DNA of 33,080 bases from an uncultured virus (IMG/VR IMGVR_UViG_3300005470_000001). Lineage: Duplodnaviria; Heunggongvirae; Uroviricota; Caudoviricetes. The stretch lies in the IMG/VR virus record IMGVR_UViG_3300005470_000001, one strand, 5' to 3'. How positions within the stretch are numbered: the first letter of the stretch is position 1; each line of letters opens with the position of its first letter. This document shows, one piece after another, positions 7,865-15,786 of the stretch. Position numbers and translations under genes: made by a program. Under the pieces are notes generated by a model. It had not been told where the DNA came from. It saw nothing but the letters and a program-made list of their open reading frames with translations, and searched no databases.

Positions 7865-8095
7865 TTAAAAACAAAGTGCTACCGCAGCTGCATAATAATG
7901 TGTATCGAAACCGTTCCGGCACAGGTACTCATCCATCAGTGTTGCGAGCGCCTTTTCAAGTTCTGCAATGCGCAGGTCTTTGCTCGCTATCCTGTCGTGC
8001 AGTTCATCAATGACAACCCTCCGCAGTGTGTGCGGACAATTGACCTCAAGTGCTGCTGCGTATGCCTGCTCAAGTTCTGCAATACGCTTCTTCAC
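7865..8095 (-). CDS. Hypothetical coiled-coil protein (start uncertain)
   Basis: RIAELE twice; frame is open up to the TAG at 8147-8149. Confidence 0.6.
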   Translation of the reverse strand: MKKRIAELEQAYAAALEVNCPHTLRRVVIDELHDRIASKDLRIAELEKALATLMDEYLCRNGFDTHYYAAAVALCF

Positions 8096-8146
8096 TGCTT
8101 CTTCAATGCGCGAGATGCTGTCGTTGTGTAGTCGGGTGAACTCTGT

Positions 8147-8506
8147 CTATTTCTCCCCCTTGTTTTCAACAGCCCTTTCAAATCTTTTGATCCAAGCTTC
8201 ACGGTCTTCTTCCCATTCATTCAGTGCTTCCAGCTTTCCCTCAAGCACCTCAATCTGTAGCTTCTGCATATCAACTCTTCCTTCTAACTTTATAACCTGC
8301 CCATCCTTTTCAAGCGCACCCTCTATGTGCCTTAATACTCCAAGATGATATCCATCCTCAAAGGCATCAACGACCTCAGCCTCAAGCTCTGCAATGCGAT
8401 TCTGAACCTCAAACGCGTCAATGTATGGCAACGCTGGAGCCCCTTGCTCCGAGTCATACACATCCGCTGTGCCATTATTATACTGTACTACCCATATCGT
8501 TTTCAT
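8147..8506 (-). CDS. Hypothetical coiled-coil protein
   Basis: AGGAGG RBS; RIAELE motif. Confidence 0.7.
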   Translation of the reverse strand: MKTIWVVQYNNGTADVYDSEQGAPALPYIDAFEVQNRIAELEAEVVDAFEDGYHLGVLRHIEGALEKDGQVIKLEGRVDMQKLQIEVLEGKLEALNEWEEDREAWIKRFERAVENKGEK

Positions 8507-9168
8507 TTCTCCTCCTTGTTGAATTTAAAATCTCGCACAGGACGAGCCTTGTAGCTGTTGATCTTGTAGTTGAAGTACTGGTGGCCAGTGTAGAAATACT
8601 GGTTCCACGCGAAGTCAGCATTGTATTCCGACGAACTCCAGTAGACATAGGCTCCAAAACCGCCAATAGCTACGCGATTTTTGTACATCTGATTCAGTTC
8701 ATCCTTGGTCGGCAACCTCCAGCCTTCGCCAAGCGCTTCGACCACCTTAACTGCCTCATCCCATGTGTAAATTCCACCAAGGTCTTGTGGATAGACCTCG
8801 AACTCAAGTTCTTGATACAGTGTTGTCGTCATTTCTCCTCCTTGTTCCTCCTTGTTTGGTTTTAAATCTCGCACAGGACGAACCCTGTTATAGATGCTTT
8901 TGTAGGCGTTGCCATGGCCGCCAGTGTAGAAACACTTGAGCCACGCAATCTCCTCGTCGTACTCCGACGAACTCCAGTAGTAGTAGGCTCCAAAACCGCC
9001 AATTTCTTCTTGCTCCAAATACATCAGCTCCAGCTCTTTTTTTGTTGGTAGTCGCCATCCGTCGCCAAGTGCTTCGACAACCTTAACTGCTTCATCCCAT
9101 ATGTAAAATCCTTCGAGATCTTGTGGGTAAACCTCGAACCCAAGTTCTTGATGTAGTGCTGTCGTCAT
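8503..9168 (-). CDS. Tandem two-domain DUF1566/CLec protein (duplicate of 149-814)
   Basis: Identical translation. Confidence 0.85.
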   Translation of the reverse strand: MTTALHQELGFEVYPQDLEGFYIWDEAVKVVEALGDGWRLPTKKELELMYLEQEEIGGFGAYYYWSSSEYDEEIAWLKCFYTGGHGNAYKSIYNRVRPVRDLKPNKEEQGGEMTTTLYQELEFEVYPQDLGGIYTWDEAVKVVEALGEGWRLPTKDELNQMYKNRVAIGGFGAYVYWSSSEYNADFAWNQYFYTGHQYFNYKINSYKARPVRDFKFNKEEK

Positions 9169-9184
9169 TTCTCCTCCTTGTTTA

Positions 9185-9415
9185 TTACGAAAGGTTAAAT
9201 GCTTCAATCTCTGCACTTGTTAGTTTTTCTAACGCAGACTCACGAAGTTTTATACGTTTAATCTCTTTTTTTATATAAGGAGATATATTTGTTTTCGTGT
9301 TATATTGCTTTCCATAAGCATCAACACCCCAACCACATTCATCGCAGTGCCAATCATTGTGTCCTTCCATTATGTAAGACCCACAATTCTTACAAACAAT
9401 TACATCGTGTCCCAT
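9185..9415 (-). CDS. Small Zn-ribbon protein (duplicate)
   Basis: Identical to 831-1061. Confidence 0.7.
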   Translation of the reverse strand: MGHDVIVCKNCGSYIMEGHNDWHCDECGWGVDAYGKQYNTKTNISPYIKKEIKRIKLRESALEKLTSAEIEAFNLS

Positions 9416-9416
9416 C

Positions 9417-9680
9417 TTAAACCTCCTCCCAATTTAGTTTAGCCCCACACTGAGGGCAAAAAGTCCATTCTTCGGATAGTCCCCTATATTCGCATTCCGA
9501 ACAGTCCCAGTCTTTACGCCCTGATCCGTTATACACCGGTCTTATATATATTTTTTGCGGGTATTCTTCTGCGCGTTTCCTCCAGTAGCACACATCGCAT
9601 AGGTCAAGGTCAACGCCCTTCTGTCTGCCATGTAGGCGTGGGTTGATGGCGTATGATCCGCAATTTTTGCAGTTTATCAT
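9417..9680 (-). CDS. Double Zn-finger protein (duplicate)
   Basis: Identical to 1063-1326. Confidence 0.75.
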   Translation of the reverse strand: MINCKNCGSYAINPRLHGRQKGVDLDLCDVCYWRKRAEEYPQKIYIRPVYNGSGRKDWDCSECEYRGLSEEWTFCPQCGAKLNWEEV

Positions 9681-9985
9681 TTTTCCTTTTTGTTTAGCAT
9701 TGCGTTTATAATTTGGGTAACTGGTGACTCAGTTGTCGCATATACTGCTATGTCTTCAAGCGCGCCTTCAAGCTCGGCTATGCGCTGAACTGCCTGTGTA
9801 TACTTAGCACTCAGCTCAAAGTATCGGGTATGTGCAGTCTTGCTTGCTTCAGTATGCAGCTCAGCAGTCCTCATACTCCTGTCCAGTTGCTCCTCAAGCT
9901 CAGTGATGCGCTCTCTCAAGATGTCTTCAACTCCTCTACTCTGTTGCATCTCTTCGATTTGTGACTCATTCATGTTTATCTTCAT
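9677..9985 (-). CDS. Coiled-coil hypothetical protein (duplicate)
   Basis: Identical to 1323-1631. Confidence 0.7.
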   Translation of the reverse strand: MKINMNESQIEEMQQSRGVEDILRERITELEEQLDRSMRTAELHTEASKTAHTRYFELSAKYTQAVQRIAELEGALEDIAVYATTESPVTQIINAMLNKKEK

Positions 9986-10110
9986 CTATATAACAATTAT
10001 GAAATTCTCTATCCCAAATTTCTTCTTTCCAATACTTAACACTATTAAAAACAATATCAACAAGCATTTTTATTTTGCTAATAAATTCTGTCATTTTTAT
10101 TTTCATAATT

Positions 10111-10629
10111 TTATCTAATAATTAATGATTTTTTTGGTGTAATTTTAATACAATCAGGGATTGTTTCAAGAACACCATCTTTAAAATCTTTTTTGATTAT
10201 AGAAATATGTGGTTTAAATTCTTTAGTTGCATAACCACTTGATAAAAGTGAATTTTTATTTTCTTCAGTAATATCTTCTTTTAATTCCCAAGATTCAGTA
10301 TTACGAATATTATAATTTCCTAAATCAGTTTTTAATTTACTTTCTCCACTTAATTCCATTAATTGCAACATTTTATTACGTGCAAATTCAATTCGTGATT
10401 CACAGCTTAATTTGCGTGCTTTTAAACGATTTTCTTCTTCTTCATACATATTGTATTGTGAACGATTATAATTAATCCATCCACGATAACGATCAAGTGA
10501 ATCTTTTAAATCACCATTGAAATTATCTAAAAGAGCTTGAATTTCAGGAGTAATTTCACCTTCACTTTCTATTAAAGAATTATCAATGATTTGATAAAGA
10601 TTTAATAAATCTATAAATGAATTGTTCAT
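10111..10629 (-). CDS. Siphovirus Gp157-like protein (duplicate)
   Basis: Identical to 1757-2275. Confidence 0.75.
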   Translation of the reverse strand: MNNSFIDLLNLYQIIDNSLIESEGEITPEIQALLDNFNGDLKDSLDRYRGWINYNRSQYNMYEEEENRLKARKLSCESRIEFARNKMLQLMELSGESKLKTDLGNYNIRNTESWELKEDITEENKNSLLSSGYATKEFKPHISIIKKDFKDGVLETIPDCIKITPKKSLIIR

Positions 10630-10632
10630 ATT

Positions 10633-11040
10633 TTAAAAGTTAATTTTTTGTCCATTAACAAAAACCTGTTCAGACATTTTTTTATCTACAACTGGTCCAT
10701 TTAATGTTACATGTTTTGAATTACATCTAATCCTTGTATTATTTTTAGGATTTTTTATAATTAAATCTTGATTACATTCATATTTAGAGTTTTTGTAATG
10801 AGATTTAAAATGATTTGTTTGATTTATATTTTCTACTAAAAATATTCTTCTGAGAACTTCATTTCCACATTTTTTATTATCATGAAAATATGTAGAACTA
10901 CTTGTATCTACAATAAAAACTTCATCATTAATGTTAATTATACAAGAATTGTTTGTTAACCAACTCAATGTATCTGTAATAATTTTCATTATTTTAGGAT
11001 CTCTTATTGCAGCTTCATAAAAAGTATCATTTGTTGGCAT
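10633..11040 (-). CDS. Hypothetical protein (duplicate)
   Basis: Identical to 2279-2686. Confidence 0.65.
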   Translation of the reverse strand: MPTNDTFYEAAIRDPKIMKIITDTLSWLTNNSCIININDEVFIVDTSSSTYFHDNKKCGNEVLRRIFLVENINQTNHFKSHYKNSKYECNQDLIIKNPKNNTRIRCNSKHVTLNGPVVDKKMSEQVFVNGQKINF

Positions 11041-11073
11041 TATTATATTATTTTATTAATAAAATTAATTGTG

Positions 11074-11146
11074 CTGGCAAGACAGGATTCGAACCTGTAA
11101 CCGAGCGGTTAACAGCCGCTAGCTCTACCAATTGAGCTACTCGCCA
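11074..11146 (-). tRNA. trnN: tRNA-Asn(GTT) (duplicate)
   Basis: Identical to 2720-2792. Confidence 0.95.
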
Positions 11147-11152
11147 GTTTAT

Positions 11153-11287
11153 TTATTTATATGATTTACCACATACAGTACAAGTACAACCTTCGCTTTT
11201 TAATTTACTATTCATCCAACGTTTAAATTTACCAAGAAGTTTGTCTTGAAAAGCATGTTCACATGTACATGTTCTAATTACCATCAT
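11153..11287 (-). CDS. 44-aa Cys-rich protein (duplicate)
   Basis: Identical to 2799-2933. Confidence 0.55.
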   Translation of the reverse strand: MMVIRTCTCEHAFQDKLLGKFKRWMNSKLKSEGCTCTVCGKSYK

Positions 11288-11303
11288 GATTATTTAATTT
11301 ATT

Positions 11304-11435
11304 TTAGTTATGATAATCTTCACCTGCATACAAGTTGTCAAAATCAACTATTTCCACATGAACATCATTAGGGCATTCTACTACTTCAGCAACCCCTCCT
11401 GTAACATGGATAACAACAACTCTTTCTTTTTCCAT
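11304..11435 (-). CDS. 43-aa protein (MEKERVVVIHVTGGVAEVVECPN...)
   Basis: Variant of 2950-3081 that spans the repeat boundary. Confidence 0.65.
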   Translation of the reverse strand: MEKERVVVIHVTGGVAEVVECPNDVHVEIVDFDNLYAGEDYHN

Positions 11436-11437
11436 TA

Positions 11438-11923
11438 TTAATTGATTTTAATTGAACCATCATCATTCCATTCATAACCTGAAATGTCGTACTTCTTTTC
11501 AAGTATATTTTTAGTATAGCCACAAATGGCCATGTTATCCAAATTAATTAAATTAGCTATCAATTCTCCACTTTTAACGTCAACAGCACCCAAAACTAAA
11601 TTCCCGAAAACAGTCTTCCTAACTTCAAACTTCCATTTCTTCAATGGTAGTTCAACTTCTTTTAGATAAGTACAAACTTTTCCATCTGTTACTTCAGTAA
11701 CAAGTTCTACCTCTTGATTTTCTATGTTATTGAAATCACTTACATTATAGAAATAGATATATATATATTTACCATCTATTTCTTCGTATGCGGTTATAAC
11801 ATCAAGTTTACCAATAAAATATGTTTTTCCAATTCCTCTCCATTCATATCCAAGCGAGAACAAATGGTCCTGTACCTTATGAGCATACTCTTCGTCTCTG
11901 ATTCTAATCTTAATGTTTTTCAT
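11438..11923 (-). CDS. Hypothetical protein, paralogue of 3458-3940
   Basis: Start moved to MKNIKIRIR (11923) because the longer ORF overlaps tRNA-Arg and the paralogue starts MKDIKIKI. Confidence 0.8.
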   Translation of the reverse strand: MKNIKIRIRDEEYAHKVQDHLFSLGYEWRGIGKTYFIGKLDVITAYEEIDGKYIYIYFYNVSDFNNIENQEVELVTEVTDGKVCTYLKEVELPLKKWKFEVRKTVFGNLVLGAVDVKSGELIANLINLDNMAICGYTKNILEKKYDISGYEWNDDGSIKIN

Positions 11924-11953
11924 TTTTTTGATATTATTGTAAAAATTTACATG

Positions 11954-12025
11954 TACTCTCCAGAGGAATCGAACCTCTATATACTGGTTAGAAGCCAGTG
12001 GCATTATCCGTTATGCTAGAAGAGC
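11954..12025 (-). tRNA. trnR: tRNA-Arg(TCT)
   Basis: Acceptor GCTCTTC/GGAGAGT; ACTGG-CTTCTAA-CCAGT; T arm AGAGG-TTCGATT-CCTCT. Confidence 0.92.
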
Positions 12026-12031
12026 TAAAAT

Positions 12032-12412
12032 TTATTCAAATTTTAATTCTCTTCTACATTTACTACAAAGAATTACATCAGATTTATTAAATAAAATAAT
12101 ATCACCACAATTTGAACAAATTGTCTGAGATTCTAATTCTGCTTCCATTATATACTTATCAATTTTTTCATTTGCTTGATTAGTATAAAAATAAAGCATT
12201 TCATATTTAGTTTTAATTTCATTTATTTTAAATGATTCTTTTAAACTATCATCTTTATTGATAACTTGCATTATTTTTAAACAAAGTTTATCAATAATAT
12301 TATACCAACCATCACCAACACATATACCATTTTTCATAGGAGATTCTGAAAATCTATTTGAAAATATTTCTGGATATTTAGTAAATAGTTTTTGTTCTAA
12401 TTCTTCTCTCAT
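12032..12412 (-). CDS. Conserved phage hypothetical protein with C-terminal Zn finger
   Basis: C.GDGWY.II...IK.K...L.FY...S..IC..CG pattern, common in phages. Confidence 0.75.
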   Translation of the reverse strand: MREELEQKLFTKYPEIFSNRFSESPMKNGICVGDGWYNIIDKLCLKIMQVINKDDSLKESFKINEIKTKYEMLYFYTNQANEKIDKYIMEAELESQTICSNCGDIILFNKSDVILCSKCRRELKFE

Positions 12413-12502
12413 TTTTATATTAATAATTATTAATAAAATGATTCATGATTATATATGTTACAATGACACCCGACAAAAAACACGTAAAATATAACATTTT
12501 AT

Positions 12503-12808
12503 TTATTTAATTTTATTCTTTATTTTTGAAATAGCAGAAAGTATAACATTGTATCTATCTTCCATCTCTTTGTTTTTATTATGTGTCTGATAAAGAGTAT
12601 TTAATGCTGTAACAACATCAACATTATCATATCTCTTTAACTCTATTGCTTCGTTTAATACTTTCACTTTATGTATAGCATGTTCCTTTTCATATACAGG
12701 ACAATCATTTACCACATTAGTATAATAATTTAAATCAGAAATAATTGCTTCCCTTATTACTTCTAATTCTAATGGACTTAATTCTTCAACTAATTGTTTC
12801 TGTTTCAT
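12503..12808 (-). CDS. Hypothetical protein
   Basis: 101 aa; N-terminus MKQKQLVE shared with 3124-3453. Confidence 0.7.
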   Translation of the reverse strand: MKQKQLVEELSPLELEVIREAIISDLNYYTNVVNDCPVYEKEHAIHKVKVLNEAIELKRYDNVDVVTALNTLYQTHNKNKEMEDRYNVILSAISKIKNKIK

Positions 12809-12839
12809 TATTATTTTGTTTTATGTTATAAACCAAATT

Positions 12840-12913
12840 GACCAGTAGTAGGATTTAAACACTACATCTCCTTAATACAATTTAAGGGCTTTATTCATTT
12901 AAGCTATACTGGC
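12840..12913 (-). pseudogene. Degenerate tRNA (possibly Thr-TGT derived)
   Basis: Acceptor GCCAGTA/TACTGGT and D stem intact; anticodon loop of irregular size; T loop TTTAAAT with a stem bulge. Confidence 0.6.
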
Positions 12914-13012
12914 ATTACCAATAAAATATCATATGATTTATCTATTGGTTATTACATTAATATATTTAATATAATAAATATAATATTATATACAAATAAA
13001 TATATTTGTTGA

Positions 13013-13468
13013 TTAAAAAATTACAACGATTTTTCTTTCTTTTAAAACATTTTTATTGTTTTTATCTATAATAATGATATCACTTAATCCATGAATATCA
13101 CCAGGACAACCAACACTCCATCCATATTTAAAATTATCAGATGAATTGAGTATCCAACCAAAAGATACATGTATTGGATTTATTTCTTCAATTTCAAACT
13201 CAGATGCATTGAATTCATTTAATTGAAAATTATTTTGAATATAATTGAATTTTAACAAAAATTCTGTATGTACAGAATCTACAAATGTGATTATACCAGA
13301 TATATATTGTCTATCAATTGTTTTTGCAACAAAAATAGAATCAACATTATCTATTATAAGTGCATAAATCTCTTCTGATGTCATTGTTTTTTTAATTAAA
13401 TAATAAATACACACTATACTATTATATATAGTGTGTATATAAAATACTAAACATATAATAAATGACAA
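13013..13468 (-). CDS. Hypothetical protein (start probably internal MTSEE)
   Basis: Long AT-rich ORF. Confidence 0.6.
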   Translation of the reverse strand: MSFIICLVFYIHTIYNSIVCIYYLIKKTMTSEEIYALIIDNVDSIFVAKTIDRQYISGIITFVDSVHTEFLLKFNYIQNNFQLNEFNASEFEIEEINPIHVSFGWILNSSDNFKYGWSVGCPGDIHGLSDIIIIDKNNKNVLKERKIVVIF

Positions 13469-13674
13469 TATAACCAGACTCCTAGTCTTTGAGCATTATA
13501 TTATAATGTTGTGTAATTATTATGGTTCAATATAAAAGTTATTCATTACTTGTTTTGATAATTCTTTACATAAAAGTAATTTTTTCGCTGCGTTCACTTT
13601 ATGTTTTATATTATACTTTACAATAATCCTAATAACAACTTATAATAAAATGATTGTTCATTTAAAATATTAGT

Positions 13675-13980
13675 TTAGAAATCATAGTAAGTACTTGGAA
13701 CAGAAGGAACCCAAGAAATATAACCTGCACAACAAAGTAGAAACCATATAATTAAAAATACTAGTTTATATGGTATATAATAACGATTTTCAGAATCATT
13801 ATTATAATTTTTTACATTAATAAGTACATGATCGTTTTCAAGTGTATCAAAAAAGTTTTTTATACTAATTTTAAAACTTTCAAGATCAAATGTTTCTTTT
13901 TTATCATTCAGAAAATAATTGATAATAAGAGGCATTATGAACATAGTTGTCCAAAATAGTATAGCAAAAAAAGTATTCAT
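13675..13980 (-). CDS. Membrane protein (2 TM)
   Basis: Hydrophobic N- and C-terminal segments. Confidence 0.65.
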   Translation of the reverse strand: MNTFFAILFWTTMFIMPLIINYFLNDKKETFDLESFKISIKNFFDTLENDHVLINVKNYNNDSENRYYIPYKLVFLIIWFLLCCAGYISWVPSVPSTYYDF

Positions 13981-13981
13981 T

Positions 13982-14155
13982 TTATTTACTATAAATGTTA
14001 ATATTATTTAGTTCAACATCAATACTGATAACACCACGAGATTCAATTTCATCTATTAGCTCATAAAGTTGTTCTATAGTACCAATAAATGTTTGATAGT
14101 TATATGTACCTTTTGAACAAGTATATGTAATATCATATAGATTAGTTTCACTCAT
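13982..14155 (-). CDS. 57-aa hypothetical protein (MSETNLYDITYTCSKG...)
   Basis: Hand translation; abuts both neighbours; GGAGG upstream. Confidence 0.5.
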   Translation of the reverse strand: MSETNLYDITYTCSKGTYNYQTFIGTIEQLYELIDEIESRGVISIDVELNNINIYSK

Positions 14156-14341
14156 TTAATCCTCCATGTTATCAAAATATTCTTCAAAGTTTTCATCATC
14201 AAAATAAGCAGCACTACTACATTTGGGACATTTCCATAGAGTATCAGCGTTTCTAAGTTGAATTGTATATTCTACTAATGTTAGATACTGCATCCCACAA
14301 TTAGGACATTGAACTGCATACGGACTTTCTGTTGTGATCAT
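14156..14341 (-). CDS. Small Zn-ribbon protein
   Basis: CPNC...WKCPKC; acidic tail. Confidence 0.7.
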   Translation of the reverse strand: MITTESPYAVQCPNCGMQYLTLVEYTIQLRNADTLWKCPKCSSAAYFDDENFEEYFDNMED

Positions 14342-14492
14342 GTTTTATAGATTTATTTTATTTTACAAAACACTTGTAAATGTCAAAAATTTTATTATCT
14401 TACTCTTAAAAAGAGTAAAATAATTATTATTAAAGTTTTGGAGGAGATTTCCAAAGAGGAACCTTTAGCAAGCCAAAAGTCTTAAAATCATT

Positions 14493-14825
14493 TTACTTTG
14501 AAATATTGAGCTCTTTCATTTTTTCTCTAATTTCTTTTTCGTCTGGATGACCCAAACTTAATTCTTGTTTTAATTGAGAAGTATATTTTATATCCCAATA
14601 TAAATCAAAAACATAAGGTAAACGTGGATCTTTTGCGTTAGGAAAATCTTTTAAATCTTTTCTAGGTTTCCATGTATCAAATTCATCCTGGTCAACTGTT
14701 TTACTACCTTCATCGTCATCAAAATAATATGAGATAGTATTTTTAATTCCATTCCCCATATAGCTGTGAGTATAAACAATTTTACCATTTGGTAATTCGT
14801 AATAAATACCAATTGTTCGATTCAT
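14493..14825 (-). CDS. Hypothetical protein
   Basis: 110-aa ORF with ATGA overlap. Confidence 0.7.
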   Translation of the reverse strand: MNRTIGIYYELPNGKIVYTHSYMGNGIKNTISYYFDDDEGSKTVDQDEFDTWKPRKDLKDFPNAKDPRLPYVFDLYWDIKYTSQLKQELSLGHPDEKEIREKMKELNISK

Positions 14826-15127
14826 TTCATTTTATTTAATTGTTTAACAATTGCAATTAATGAAAGCATATCTCGTTCTACATCAAGAGCATCACGAATT
14901 TCTATCCGATATATTTCCATATCAAGTTTGTAGTACAGATTCCAATCAACAGTATCGTCAAGTTTATTCAACTTATCAAAGATAGGTGTTTGAATATCAG
15001 CTATTAGACCTCGCTCCAAAATAGTGCTACGAGAAATGGCAAGATAACAAATATAATTTAATATAATTTGTTTGCTTACATTTAATTGTTCTAACAGCTG
15101 TATATGAAAAAGAAATTGTTCAGTCAT
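14822..15127 (-). CDS. Hypothetical protein
   Basis: GGAGGG RBS; ATGA overlap. Confidence 0.65.
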   Translation of the reverse strand: MTEQFLFHIQLLEQLNVSKQIILNYICYLAISRSTILERGLIADIQTPIFDKLNKLDDTVDWNLYYKLDMEIYRIEIRDALDVERDMLSLIAIVKQLNKMK

Positions 15128-15267
15128 TCTTCACCCTCCTGACTATAAATTGCCGGTATGTGCCCCTCGTACACGATAGCGGACCCGCTGTGCAGGTATC
15201 CGCTGATTTCGTAGTGCTTCGTCCCTGCCGAGAACATCAGTTTTAAGTTGTGCCATAGTTTTTTCAT
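15124..15267 (-). CDS. 47-aa protein, paralogue of 7284-7427
   Basis: MKKLWHNLKLMFSAGTKHYEISGYLHSGSAIVYEGHIPAIY...; AAGGAGG RBS; ATGA overlaps on both sides. Confidence 0.75.
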   Translation of the reverse strand: MKKLWHNLKLMFSAGTKHYEISGYLHSGSAIVYEGHIPAIYSQEGEE

Positions 15268-15581
15268 GAATTATCCTCCTTTAGTGATGCTGGAATTTCG
15301 GGTGTCTCATAGTGTGCCCACCATTCTGACCCATCATACTCTCCACGGCTCGACCAGGTGCCGTCATTGTACCATATGATGCCGTCCAGCTGTTGTCCTC
15401 CATAGCCATCATTATAGTCAAACTCAAGTAACTTGAGGAATACCTCATACTCTGCGGGCGTATATCCCTCCTTCAACTGGGCGACTTCTTCAAAATCAAA
15501 TACCTTTCCCGCCTTATCTATCGTTGCGCATTTGACTTGCCGCATGCCGATATGCTTCTCAAACTCTACTCTTGCATTCAT
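15264..15581 (-). CDS. Conserved phage hypothetical protein
   Basis: Y..GYGGQ.L.G.IW..DGTW..RGEYDGSEWW motif; AAGGAG RBS. Confidence 0.8.
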   Translation of the reverse strand: MNARVEFEKHIGMRQVKCATIDKAGKVFDFEEVAQLKEGYTPAEYEVFLKLLEFDYNDGYGGQQLDGIIWYNDGTWSSRGEYDGSEWWAHYETPEIPASLKEDNS

Positions 15582-15786
15582 TTTTTCTCCTTTTTAGTAT
15601 TTTGAATGGTTGTCTGCATACCTGATCGCCCACCGTTGTAAGTCCATAGTTTGTTTGTTTAATTGTAAATACTCTCAACCAACAGCACCATTATAACTAT
15701 TGGTTGAGACATTTTAATTTCAATCACCAACGGGAAAAATCATCTGTCCTCTTTTGTTGAAAGTGAAATAATAAGTATGATAACCT

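Larger units (their letters stand above)
8355..11401. repeat. Long direct repeat, copy 2
   Basis: Identical ORFs and tRNA-Asn to 1-3047. Confidence 0.97.

Noticed and set aside
1..11401. Direct terminal repeat of the phage genome
   Set aside because: Copies are only 8354 bp apart and grade into diverged paralogy
11924..12004. N-terminal extension of the 188-aa ORF
   Set aside because: Overlaps tRNA-Arg; the paralogue supports the start at 11923
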